NCBI GenBank assembly: GCA_963850305.1
Contig: CAWKKR010000008.1
Location: 576,001 to 640,000 of the forward strand
Length of the DNA stretch: 64,000 nucleotides
Direction of reading: 5' to 3'
DNA from: an uncultured delta proteobacterium
GTDB taxonomy: Bacteria; Myxococcota_A; Polyangia; Polyangiales; Polyangiaceae
Shown: piece by piece, positions 19,171 to 29,071 of the stretch
Position numbering within the stretch: the stretch's first letter is position 1
Layout: the number at the start of each line of letters is the position of its first letter
Notes under the pieces: generated by a model
Seen by the model: only the letters and a program-made list of their open reading frames with translations
The model's database searches: none
Told to the model about the DNA's origin: nothing
Translations under genes and position numbers: made by a program

Positions 19171-20198
19171 CGCGTTCTCCTGTTGAGGAGCCACGCCGTC
19201 GGTGTCCCCGCCGCGAACATGCCGGCCATGAAGGCAAACGCGGCTGGTGCCAGGGCGGCGCCGCCGGATACGGCGAGACTCGCCGTGCACCCCCCCGCGA
19301 CGCCGGCAGCAAACTCGGTCAGCGCGGCTCCGGCGAACGCGACGATCCATCGTTTGGCGACGGTGTTGCCGAACGCATCGGCCCATTGAGTATCGGGCAT
19401 GATTCGAAACCGGAAACGCCCGCCCATGACGGCGGCTATCAGCGCGCCCCAAAGGGCGCCGACGAGAAGCAAGACGTCCCAGTGGTCGCGGGTCGAAACG
19501 ACGTGGCTGAAGTAGACTGACCGAGGCGCCAGCGTTCGCCCGATCGGAGCCGCAAGCTCCTGATACGCGCCACCCCCGCTCAGCCGGTGCCCGAAGAGCG
19601 CCATCGAGAAGGCGACGACGATACCGAGGAGGCTTCCGGCGAGATACGGGGACCAATATCCCCGCTCCGTCCGCGCCGATTGAATATCCGATGCGGCGCC
19701 TGCGCGTCGCCGCCGCTCGTTGACCACGACGTAGAACGCAACGAGAACACCGACACACAGAACGGTTCCCGCGAGAATCCTGTTGCCGGTCTGGTTTCGG
19801 TGACGCGGTTCGGGTGGTCGCGCCGACGTCGGCGGCCGTGGTGGTCCGGGAGCGCCGCGCGCCGCCACGTACGTCGACGAGATGCCCGGCTTGTCGGCGT
19901 GACACGACGCACACCGCTGCCCCGCGTTCGCCAGGGGGTCCGCCAGGCCCATGTGCGCCGTATCGTCGTACGCGCTCCGAGTCCCGCCGTGGCAGTCGAC
20001 GCAGAAGTCGCCGAATGCATGGTCTCGGTGCCAGGCGTCCGTGGCCACGAAGGAGCTCTCGCCAGAGATCTCATGGCATTGACGGCAGTTCGAGGGCGGC
20101 ACGCCGCACTGTGCGCCCGCCGGATCCGCGACACCGAAGATCGTCGCCGCAACGGCCGTGATCAACGACCATCGACGGAGTTCGGTAACGTGAGGCAC
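19167..20198 (-). CDS. Tri-heme cytochrome c fused to a YeeE/YedE domain
   Basis: Signal peptide, CRQCH, CVDCH, CASCH, one TM helix, then WSPYLAGSLLG ... AGGCTASLAVSGG; start approximate. Confidence 0.85.
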   Translation of the reverse strand: MPHVTELRRWSLITAVAATIFGVADPAGAQCGVPPSNCRQCHEISGESSFVATDAWHRDHAFGDFCVDCHGGTRSAYDDTAHMGLADPLANAGQRCASCHADKPGISSTYVAARGAPGPPRPPTSARPPEPRHRNQTGNRILAGTVLCVGVLVAFYVVVNERRRRAGAASDIQSARTERGYWSPYLAGSLLGIVVAFSMALFGHRLSGGGAYQELAAPIGRTLAPRSVYFSHVVSTRDHWDVLLLVGALWGALIAAVMGGRFRFRIMPDTQWADAFGNTVAKRWIVAFAGAALTEFAAGVAGGCTASLAVSGGAALAPAAFAFMAGMFAAGTPTAWLLNRRTR

Positions 20199-20436
20199 CC
20201 ACGGGTGATCGCAACAGCCGTGCCGGGTCGAAGGGCGCAAGCCCAGCGCGCCGCCGGATTGAATCGTTGATGCTCGAAGTCACCGACGCTTGTCACTGGG
20301 CTCGCGCACGCCGTGCACCGCCTCGCATGTTCTGCGCCCCTGAGGAGACGACATCATCTCCTCCTCGGGCCTTCACCTGAGGAGCGCCACTGGACCGGGG
20401 GCACGAGGCACTCGAATGCTGCGTCGTGCATTCGGC

Positions 20437-21684
20437 TCAGAATGTGGCGTCCAACCGAAGCTCCGGGGGCGCGACGCTTCGGCGGCTTTCGAGGGGCGCG
20501 CCGTCACTCAGCACTTCGGTTTTCGCCCCGCTCGAGACCAGGAGATAAACGCCGGGGGCGATGGCAATAACGCCGATCCCCGCCGTGACGCCGCCCGCCA
20601 CGAGGAGTCCGCTCTGGTCGGCGAGACCACCGGCGAGCGCCAGGAAGCCTCCGATGAACGCGAGGCCTCCGCCGAGCCCCGTCGTCACGATGCCGCCCAC
20701 GAAGGCGCCCGTGTTCCGCTCGTGGGCGAGCACTTCGAGGTCATTCTGCCCCGAGTATTTGCCGAGATCCGGGACTTCGAGCGTCTGGAAGTCGGGGCCC
20801 GTTTCCGTGCGGAGCTCGTAGTCGTCCGACGGGTTCATCCAGCGAGAGCAGGGTGTGCGGCAGACGAACTGCTGATTCGCGCGGAGCTCCCAGGCTCTGT
20901 CCGGCGTACCCGACTTGAACGTCACGTGCAGGGTTCCATCTCCGCGCTCCCTGGCGAATCGCGGCAGCGGGACCAGGAATGCCTGGATGGGCGAGCTGCA
21001 GTTCATCTCCGGGGTTTCGTCGGTGGATAGTTTGCAGCTCTCCCCGTCGCCCGCCTTGCGAAGGAGCGTCTCCGAGCTGCTCGTCTGCGCGCCGCCGGAG
21101 TACAGGCCGACGTTCACCGAGGCGTCCCCGCTCAGCGTGCCGCCGGAGTGGAGCTCGAAGGCGCCCATCGAGATCCCGACGAGCAGATGAGTGGCCCCGG
21201 CGCACTCGCCATAATCGGGGACGTCGGCGGCGGTGGAACCTTCGAGCACGTACTGACCCGAAACCGTCGTGGTCACCTCGAGGCGGCCCGAGCGCGCAAG
21301 CTCGCCCTTGAGTGCAAGGGCGCCGAGAGGTAACTTCGCGAAGAGCTCGTCGTTGTCGTGGATCTCGATCGAATCCGAGGACAGCGTCGTGCGCTGCCAC
21401 CGATAGCTCCCGCGAACGGTGCAGCCCGTGATCGGGCGCATGCTGCAGCCGGTGTACTCCACCGCGAGCGGGCCCGAGCGGAGACGCGCCTGAAGGTTTG
21501 CCTTTTCCGCCGCCGACCACTCCGTCACGAGCGGACTCTCGCCCCGCGCGGCCGCCTGGCAGCGCGCCTCATCGTCGGGCAGGCCCGGGGCCGTCGCGCG
21601 CATGAATCCTCTTCCGCCCCCGCAGGCGACGGTCAGCGTGGAGAGGATCCACGCAGTCGGGAACCGTCCGAACGCTGCGGGCAC
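20437..21684 (-). CDS. Myxobacterial lipoprotein (Cys-rich N-terminal domain, PEGA-like domain, C-terminal hydrophobic hairpin)
   Basis: Lipobox LTVAC, PLVTEW...Y.GC.M motif, CRTPC, Gly-rich C-terminal helices. Confidence 0.7.
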   Translation of the reverse strand: MPAAFGRFPTAWILSTLTVACGGGRGFMRATAPGLPDDEARCQAAARGESPLVTEWSAAEKANLQARLRSGPLAVEYTGCSMRPITGCTVRGSYRWQRTTLSSDSIEIHDNDELFAKLPLGALALKGELARSGRLEVTTTVSGQYVLEGSTAADVPDYGECAGATHLLVGISMGAFELHSGGTLSGDASVNVGLYSGGAQTSSSETLLRKAGDGESCKLSTDETPEMNCSSPIQAFLVPLPRFARERGDGTLHVTFKSGTPDRAWELRANQQFVCRTPCSRWMNPSDDYELRTETGPDFQTLEVPDLGKYSGQNDLEVLAHERNTGAFVGGIVTTGLGGGLAFIGGFLALAGGLADQSGLLVAGGVTAGIGVIAIAPGVYLLVSSGAKTEVLSDGAPLESRRSVAPPELRLDATF

Positions 21685-21840
21685 GATACACGACGATAAC
21701 AGATGCTCTCGGGCGCAGGGGGCGCATTTCGATTGGCACCCTTGCTCGACGGGTTCGGTCTCAGGGTTTCACTGGAGCCGGCGGTGCTGGGCAGCGTGGG
21801 GGAATGGATCGCTCTCGAACGACGGTGCCTCCGAGGGCGG

Positions 21841-22437
21841 TCATCTTCCAGCGCGGAGCGCGATCGCGATCGTCTCCTCGACGTGCTCTTGACCGATCGA
21901 GCGAAGAAACTCCACGTACTGCGCCAGCCTTCGGCGAAAGGCTTCGCCTTCGGGAGTGTCGCGGTCGGCATGCTCCACGTCTTCATGCGCGACGTCGAAG
22001 TTGATGTAACCACGACAGCACGGGGAGCCGCAGCAGCAAGGATCTCGCGCGGGTTCGTTCCGCGTGACCCAGCCGTAGAAGATGGTCACTTCCTGGCCCG
22101 GCGCGATCGGACGTTCGCATTGGATTCGACCTTCGCCATTCGAATAGATGGCCGCGTTCGGATTGCAGCTGTGATTGCAGAGCCACCCGCCCGGAACACT
22201 CGTATCCGGAATGATGACGAATGCTCCTTCCGACAGGAGGGTGAGCTTGGTATCCGCGGCGGCGATCGCTTCGGGGTCGTCGGCGTCGAGCCGGCGCTGC
22301 CTCGGTGCATACGCGACGATCATTTCTCCGGGGTCGAACCGCTGCTTGGCGAAGACGCCGCGACCGGCGATCGAGCTGTTGCGAAAGACGACCTTCGCCA
22401 GGCTGTACATCGGCTTCAGCGCCGGCCGCTTGCTCAT
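21841..22437 (-). CDS. SET-domain protein (putative lysine methyltransferase)
   Basis: S.IAGRGVFA, NHSCNPNA, I.PGQEVTIFY, post-SET CCCGSPCCRG. Confidence 0.9.
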   Translation of the reverse strand: MSKRPALKPMYSLAKVVFRNSSIAGRGVFAKQRFDPGEMIVAYAPRQRRLDADDPEAIAAADTKLTLLSEGAFVIIPDTSVPGGWLCNHSCNPNAAIYSNGEGRIQCERPIAPGQEVTIFYGWVTRNEPARDPCCCGSPCCRGYINFDVAHEDVEHADRDTPEGEAFRRRLAQYVEFLRSIGQEHVEETIAIALRAGR

Positions 22438-22493
22438 GAGGTGTGAGTCTATCAACTCCGCGTCGATGCCGCGGCGGGCCCACCGAGCTTCGT

Positions 22494-23471
22494 CTAGAAC
22501 GTCTCGTCGAGGCTCACGAAGCCTCCGCCGAGCGACGCGGTGGCATCCAGCGTCGTCGTTGGATTGCCGTGGTGACTCGTGAGGATGAAATACGTTCCGA
22601 CGCCGAGCGCCGCGGCGCCGACGATGAAGCTGACGGTGCTGACCGTGGACAGGGTTCGACCTGCGCTCGCGGCGTCGATGCCGGCCTGGCTGTCGCAAGT
22701 GTGAGCAGAGGTGTCGCAGTGATCGGCGACCGTGCTCTTCTTGCCAAGCGCCAGACCGCCGAGGACCAGCGCGGTGCCGACGCCAGCGACGCCGACTCCA
22801 CCGATAACGTAGCCCATCGTCCGATTGTCGCTGGCGGGCGCCGACTCCGTTGCGGGCACTGGCGCAGCGCTCGTCGGGGGTGCCGTGACGGCGTTCGCGA
22901 TCAAGGCAGGACCGGGGGCGACCACGAGCTCGCTCTTTTCGGCCTCGTGGAGCTCCGCCGAGTACGTCCCGTCGGCGAAGCCCGGTGCGGAGACGATGAT
23001 CGAGTGCGCGCCGGGATCCGCCGGAAGCGGAGTTCCGATGCCGATGCTGCCGAGATCGACGCCGTCACGCAAAACCTTGGTTCCAGCGGGCGCGCCCGGT
23101 GCGAGTCGGACCGTCAGCATTGGCAATCGCGTCTTCACTTCCGTGGCGCGTTGCTCGGCGATGTCCCGGCGCGGATCCCCTGCTGGAAGCTTCTCGGCCG
23201 CTTCCTCATACCACTGCCACGCCGCCGACAGATGGCCCCGCTTCTCCTCGCATCCGGCGAGATTCGCCATGGTGCCGGGAGCGGGATCGAGACGGTTGCT
23301 CTCCGAAAAGGAGGCGCACGCGGTCGCGTAGTCCGCGGCGGCCATCGCGGCGCGCCCCTTCTCGAAGAGCGCTTCCGCGATGCCCTTGTTGTCGCCATCG
23401 GCGTAGCTCGTCCCCGCGAGCAGCAGGGCCGTGCTCGCCGCCATCGCCCATCTTGCCGACCGCATTCGCAT
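22494..23471 (-). CDS. Secreted TPR + PEGA-like domain protein
   Basis: AEALFEKGR..M....Y..AC..F.ES.RLDP..GT..NLA.CEE; C-terminal Gly-rich helices. Confidence 0.85.
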   Translation of the reverse strand: MRMRSARWAMAASTALLLAGTSYADGDNKGIAEALFEKGRAAMAAADYATACASFSESNRLDPAPGTMANLAGCEEKRGHLSAAWQWYEEAAEKLPAGDPRRDIAEQRATEVKTRLPMLTVRLAPGAPAGTKVLRDGVDLGSIGIGTPLPADPGAHSIIVSAPGFADGTYSAELHEAEKSELVVAPGPALIANAVTAPPTSAAPVPATESAPASDNRTMGYVIGGVGVAGVGTALVLGGLALGKKSTVADHCDTSAHTCDSQAGIDAASAGRTLSTVSTVSFIVGAAALGVGTYFILTSHHGNPTTTLDATASLGGGFVSLDETF

Positions 23472-23600
23472 GCCATCGCGAGGATACCCTGCGCGAACGG
23501 CAAGAGTAAGCAGGCTGCTCACGCGGCCGACACCCATGTCCCACATTGGCGCCAAAGAGGAACTCGGGCGCGCGCTGGTCCGTGATACCTTCTCGAGAGC

Positions 23601-25100
23601 GTGGATTCGCAAGCGGAACGTGCGGCGGCGAGGGTCGGCCTCGTCCTGAAGGAGAAGTGGCGACTCGACAAACTCGTCGGAGTTGGCGGCATGGCAGCGG
23701 TCTACGCGGCAACGCATCGTAACGGCAAGCGCGTCGCGATCAAGATGCTGCATCCGGAGATCTCGTTCGACACGCACGTCCGCGAACGGTTCCTGCGGGA
23801 AGGCTACGTCGCGAACGCGGTGGGACATCGAGGAGCAGTCACGGTGGACGATGATGACGTCGCCGACGACGGCTCCGCGTTCCTGGTCATGGAGCTCCTA
23901 GAAGGAGAGACGCTCGACCATCGCGCCGAGCGTAAAGGTGGCAAGCTCTCGCCGCCGGACGTTTTATCTCTCTGCGACCAGGTCCTCGACACGCTCGCCG
24001 CAGCGCATGCGCGGGGTGTCGTTCACCGCGATCTGAAGCCCGAGAACCTCTTTCTCACGAAGGACGGCGTCGTGAAGATCCTGGATTTCGGCATCGCGCG
24101 GCTGCGCGAACTGTCCGGAAGTAGCACGAGCACGCAGACCGGCTCGATGATGGGGACTCCCGCGTTCATGCCCCCGGAGCAGGCGCGTTCGCGCTGGAAC
24201 GAGGTGGATGCGCGGACGGACATCTGGGCGATCGGTGCGACGATGTTCACGCTTCTCACGGGGAGGTACGTGCATGAAGCCGAGACCGCCACCGAGGCGC
24301 TGGCGATGGCCGTGATGTCCGTGCCCCGATCGCTCGCCGAGATGGACGCGACCCTGCCACCGCTGGTCATCGAGGTCGTCGACACGGCGCTCCGGACGGA
24401 CAAGGCCGCGCGCTTTCAAGACGCAACCCTGATGCAAAACGCCGTGCGCGCCGCCTATCACGCGACGCAATCCACGAACGCAACGAGCGGCGAAGCCTTG
24501 CCCCCGGTCGACCGCTCGATGCTCGGCATGCCCGCGGACGACGCATTCGACGACCCGGACGCGCGAACCCCCACCGGCCCCGGCGTGGCCGCGACGCTGA
24601 CGCGATCCGCTGGGGGCACGAAGACCACCGGGGCCGGGGCGAAGACGATGCGTTCGCTGTCGCGCCCGGTTCTCGTCGCCGCAACGGCCGCGGGTGTGGC
24701 GCTCGTCGGAACGCTCGTCGTGCTGGGCACTGGCCATCGCGTCGCGCCCACGGCCGCGTCAATCGGTCGCGGGACCGCCAGCGCGGGACAACCGCTCGCA
24801 CCCGCTCGAGCGGCGAGTCCGGCGCCGGAGAATCCTCCGCCGCTCGTGGCCCCGGTGACGACCGTGCCGTCGGCGACTACGGAGCCCACTCCGCCGGCTC
24901 CGGCGGAAGCACTGCCCACTCCCAGGGAAGCGGTAGCGCACCCGCACCCGACGAACGAGATGTCCGCGCCGGCACGGGAACCACATCACGAGCGGATACC
25001 CGTGCGTGTCAAAGTCGGCGACGCACCGTCGAAGCCCGCGAGCGGGGCCGAAAAGGCGAAGCCCAGGACCGCAGACGACCCGTTCTCCGGGAGGTTTTGA
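23601..25100 (+). CDS. Transmembrane Ser/Thr protein kinase
   Basis: GVGGMAAVY, VAIK, HRDLKPEN, DFG, GTPAFMPPEQ, TM helix, Pro-rich tail ending DDPFSGRF. Confidence 0.95.
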   Translation: MDSQAERAAARVGLVLKEKWRLDKLVGVGGMAAVYAATHRNGKRVAIKMLHPEISFDTHVRERFLREGYVANAVGHRGAVTVDDDDVADDGSAFLVMELLEGETLDHRAERKGGKLSPPDVLSLCDQVLDTLAAAHARGVVHRDLKPENLFLTKDGVVKILDFGIARLRELSGSSTSTQTGSMMGTPAFMPPEQARSRWNEVDARTDIWAIGATMFTLLTGRYVHEAETATEALAMAVMSVPRSLAEMDATLPPLVIEVVDTALRTDKAARFQDATLMQNAVRAAYHATQSTNATSGEALPPVDRSMLGMPADDAFDDPDARTPTGPGVAATLTRSAGGTKTTGAGAKTMRSLSRPVLVAATAAGVALVGTLVVLGTGHRVAPTAASIGRGTASAGQPLAPARAASPAPENPPPLVAPVTTVPSATTEPTPPAPAEALPTPREAVAHPHPTNEMSAPAREPHHERIPVRVKVGDAPSKPASGAEKAKPRTADDPFSGRF

Positions 25101-26197
25101 GGCTCGTGCGTTCCTCGAATTCCTCGTGGCTCGTTCTTGCTGGCTTGCTCCCGACCATTGCGTGCGCGGACATCATCGGCGCCGACTTCGGGAGCTACCG
25201 ACTCGGCAAGGCCGACGCATCGGCGAACGGAGGAGCCGCGGAGTCAGGGGGACGTGGGACGTCTGATGGAGGCACCAGCACCGGGGCATCCGGGTCAGGC
25301 GGAAGCTCGGGTGGCGCGTCGTCGACCGGCGGCGCCGGCGGCTCGGGGGGAACGGTCGGTGAAGGCGGGACCGGTGGATCGGGCGGCGCACTGGACGCAG
25401 GCTCAGGAGGGATGGAGGGCGGTGTGGAACCCGACGCTGGAAAGTCGGGCCGCATGCGCGTGTTCGTCACGAGCTTGGTCCTGGATGGCTCCGCTTCCGC
25501 TGAGGCGTCCATCCTCACGCACCAGAATGTCGGCGGCCTCGGGGCGGCAGATGCGCTCTGTCAGTACCTGGCAGACAATGTCGCGCTCGGCGGAACCTGG
25601 ACGGCGTTCGTCTCCGGGGTGACGTCGAGCAACGTCCTGGTCGGCGCGGTCGATCGGATTCCGGAGGTGGGGCCCTGGTATCTCGTCGATCGGACGACGC
25701 GCATCTTTTCTTCGAAGCAAGCCTTCTTCAGCGCGCACCCCGAGATCGATAGGACCGAGACGGGCGCGACGGTCACATCGCCGACCCTCGTCTGGACCGG
25801 AACGACGACGACGGGAACTGCGTCCAGCAACCGCTGCATCGACTGGGCCGATGATCAGGTGACGGTCCTCGGAACGTGCGGGGACTCGACCTCGACCTCC
25901 ACGTCGTGGATGTCGACGACTGACGAGCCGTGTTCGACGTCGGGCCGGCTTTACTGCTTCGAGACAGCGCACGAGAATTCGCACGGAAGCGACGCAGGAA
26001 GCGGGGGCAACAGCGGAAGCGGTGGGGCCAGCGCGAGTGGTGGTGCGACGGGCGCCGGCGGAAGCACGCGTCCGTCCGTTTGCGCCGACGGCTCGACCAC
26101 GACGGGCTGTCCGGCGTGCATCGCCACTTCCGCAGTGTGCTGCAAGTCGACCGGCGTGTGCGGGTGTTCCGCGCTGTTCATCGAACCTTGCCAGTAA
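25097..26197 (+). CDS. Gly-rich lipoprotein with DUF1554/endostatin-like domain
   Basis: IAC lipobox, Gly/Ser linker, RVFVTS..GGLGAADALCQ..GPWYLVD..VWTGT..RLYCFE. Confidence 0.75.
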   Translation: MRLVRSSNSSWLVLAGLLPTIACADIIGADFGSYRLGKADASANGGAAESGGRGTSDGGTSTGASGSGGSSGGASSTGGAGGSGGTVGEGGTGGSGGALDAGSGGMEGGVEPDAGKSGRMRVFVTSLVLDGSASAEASILTHQNVGGLGAADALCQYLADNVALGGTWTAFVSGVTSSNVLVGAVDRIPEVGPWYLVDRTTRIFSSKQAFFSAHPEIDRTETGATVTSPTLVWTGTTTTGTASSNRCIDWADDQVTVLGTCGDSTSTSTSWMSTTDEPCSTSGRLYCFETAHENSHGSDAGSGGNSGSGGASASGGATGAGGSTRPSVCADGSTTTGCPACIATSAVCCKSTGVCGCSALFIEPCQ

Positions 26198-26268
26198 CTC
26201 GCGCGAGTCCGATCCCCGCTGCCTCGTGCCCGGCCGACGTTGCCCGGCCTCGAGCTCACGCGCGACCC

Positions 26269-26961
26269 CTACGGACCTGGCCCCTTCGCTTGCCACGTTC
26301 CTGAACCGCTGCCTTGACTGCCCCCGACGCTGTGGGTCTCTGTCCAGGTGCCCGACGGGAACGACGCGGATGACGGATCGTACGTGGCGTCGATCGTGCC
26401 GGTGAACGGCGTGGGGGGCGTCGTGATGATGCCGAGGAGGTTGACGAGCTGGTAAGCGCCGTTCGTGAGCGAGCCGGTCAGGTTTCCCGTGCGGCAATCC
26501 AGGGTGCCCACGACGGTCGCGTCGAAATGCGCGAGCGCAGCCACCGAGCCCGCGTTCGTGCCGTCGAAGGTACCATCGAGGTTTCCATTCTCGAGCTGGA
26601 ACTGCGTGGTGCTCCCGGCGACGGGCGCCAGCGTGAAGACGATGGTACCGTCGAGTTGCGTTCCCAGGGAAAGCGAGGAAGCTCCCTTGAACGTCCCCGA
26701 GTACTTCCCCGCCGCGCATTCTCGAGCCGGGGCCGCGTCGGGGTGCGGACCTGCCTCTTTCGCCGGAGTGACGACGCTCGAATCATGCGGCGGCCTCGAT
26801 GCGTCGCGTCCGTCGTCGGTGACGGTCGAGGCCGGCTTCACGCCGTCGTAAGCGTACGTCCCGTCGATGCCGAGAATCTTCGTGCAACCCGCGCTCGCGA
26901 CGCCGGACGCAACCAAGAGCGCTCCGGTCGCGACGCGAGTCCGGGCAAGACGCCGATACAC
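26269..26961 (-). CDS. Hypothetical lipoprotein
   Basis: SAGC lipobox (CTKILGID), beta-rich C-terminal domain; GTG start 7 nt after TATATT. Confidence 0.7.
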   Translation of the reverse strand: MYRRLARTRVATGALLVASGVASAGCTKILGIDGTYAYDGVKPASTVTDDGRDASRPPHDSSVVTPAKEAGPHPDAAPARECAAGKYSGTFKGASSLSLGTQLDGTIVFTLAPVAGSTTQFQLENGNLDGTFDGTNAGSVAALAHFDATVVGTLDCRTGNLTGSLTNGAYQLVNLLGIITTPPTPFTGTIDATYDPSSASFPSGTWTETHSVGGSQGSGSGTWQAKGPGP

Positions 26962-27129
26962 ACCTGGCAATATACCCGAATCAGAGTGTGCCAGATGGCA
27001 CACGTCCAGCGCGACGCCGAACGCGGGCGGCGCAGCCCGAAGGAAGCACGTCCACATGCCCTTTCGCATGCATCGACGGCGCGTGTGGAGGCACCCCGTC
27101 GTCACCCCATCCGATTATGAGCGTTCAGA

Positions 27130-28772
27130 TCACGGCGCTTCGACGGCGCCAAGGGTGCAGCCCGTGGCGGCGCGGACGTCGCCGCGCTGATCGGTCGACG
27201 GACAGTTCGCACCCTGGCCGTCCGCGGGGCTACCGGACGCAGGCGCCATGGTCTCCGTCGCGCCGCCGTTGTCCTTCAGTGCGCCTAGCTCGGGATTGCC
27301 GCTCGCCGCCGGCGAAACACAGCCGTCGGAATCGTACGCGAGGTTCTGACCGCCGCTCACGAACGCGGTGCCCTTGCAATTGTCGTTCGAAAAGATGCTG
27401 TTCTCGAGCTTCACGCCGTTCGAGACCGCGAACAGGGCGTCGCCGTAGCCGGAGGTATTGCCCGCGAAGGTGCAGTTCAGAAAGGTGCCGGTGACATCGC
27501 TGGCAAACCACAACGCGCCACCCTGGTCCGAATTGTTGTTCGCGACGGTGACGTTCGTGAGGTTCGCGATCGCCGATTGCCCGACCCAGACGCCGCCGCC
27601 GTAGTGAGCCTGGTTGTTGGAGAGGGTGGTCGCCGTCATCGTGATCGCCGTGTATTCGAGGTAGAGGGCGCCGGCGTTTCCGGTCTTGGCGTCCGCGGAG
27701 TTGCCGTCGAACGTGGAGCGATCGATGGTCAGTCGGCTCGTCGTTATACGCGACGCGGAAGATCGCGCCTCCCGCGGCGTTCGAGTGGTTTTCGCGGAAC
27801 TGATCTCCGCAGAACGTCCAGTGAGTTGTTCTGGCCATCGTAGGAAAGCGCGCCGCCATCGCCACCGTGGCCGGGGTTGCCGTCGGTTCCTGTCGCGGGG
27901 TTGTCGTGAAGACGCTGTTCACGACGGTGACGTCCTCGTCCTGCGTGCCCACCGCGCCACCGTTGGAGCCACGTTCCCGGTGAACGTGCTCCCCTCGATG
28001 ACCAGCTTTCCGACGCCCTGGCCGTTGATGGCGCCGCCGGAGACGTCCTCGCCCGGTCGATCGCGCAATGGTTGTCCGTGAAGGTGCAGTCGATGACGGT
28101 GAGCGAGCCGCCGTCCTCGAAGATGGCGGCGCCGCCCGCCGTCGTGGTCCGTCGTGTTCAGCACGTCGGTCGTGAAGCCATCCGCGAATCCGAGGTTCTG
28201 CACGGTGAGCAGCGGCGTCGCGACGTTCCAGGCGCTCGTGATGTGAAGGATGCGCGTCTCTTGCTGCCGCTCAGCGTGACCTTGCCGCCACCGTCGATGA
28301 CCGTGTCTTTCTTGACGTCGATCTGCGACGTGACGGTGATGGTGTGCGCCGCAGCGCCGCAGTCGAACGTGACGACGCCTCCCTTCGTCACCGCGGCGAT
28401 TAGCGCTTGCTCGGTGCAGCTATCCGGCGTGCCGTTACCGACGACGGAACCAGGCGAGGACACGTCGGCGAGCGGGACCGGAGCGTCACAAGTAGCCGGC
28501 GGCGCGGAAGCGATGCCGCCCCCATCCGTCGCCGAACCGCCCGCGCCAATCGCACCGCCGGAACCGTTCGCCCCTCCGTTGCTCGACGCGCCACTCGAAC
28601 CCTTCGCTCCGCCGCTCGCACCGGAGCTACCCCCGGTGCCTGCGGCGCTGCCGCCGGCACTGGATGCGTCTGCGTCCTTGCCGCCGTGATCGCTTCCGCT
28701 CCCGCAGCCGAGCAGCACGAGGCACGAGACCAAGGCGGCCACCCGGAACGCTTGCTTCCGAAGGCCCGACAT
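27130..28772 (-). pseudogene. Beta-helix / choice-of-anchor-Q-like lipoprotein, broken by several frameshifts
   Basis: LLGC lipobox, VVGNGTPDSCT, TVIDGGGKVTLSG, repeated F..N.A..GGA, C-terminal LGALKDNGGAT.T..P..GSPA..DQRG; pieces lie in different frames between about 27730 and 28260. Confidence 0.7.
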
Positions 28773-29071
28773 CAGCCTGCCTCGTGATTCGGGCAACGAG
28801 CCCCTACTCCAACCCAAACAGGGTGCGCCATGCATTGCCACCTTCGCGACGAAGACTCAAGCTAACACGATACTCTCGAACCCTCGTCGAGCGACACTCG
28901 ACGAGCGTCAGGGCGATCTCGAACGATGCTCGGTCTCACCCCGAACACACCTCGAACGGAGAAAGTTCGATGAGAGGAGAATCCCATCGAAATTTCCGTC
29001 TCGGCGGGAAGGGTTTCGCGGACGCCGCCGTGTCTTGACGGACCTTCAGCGCGCGCTTCACCATGCCCGTG

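Noticed and set aside
20240..20436. SAM or other riboswitch ahead of the sulfur transporter operon
   Set aside because: No recognisable aptamer consensus; only a terminator-like hairpin (GAATGC...GCATTC) and short repeats.
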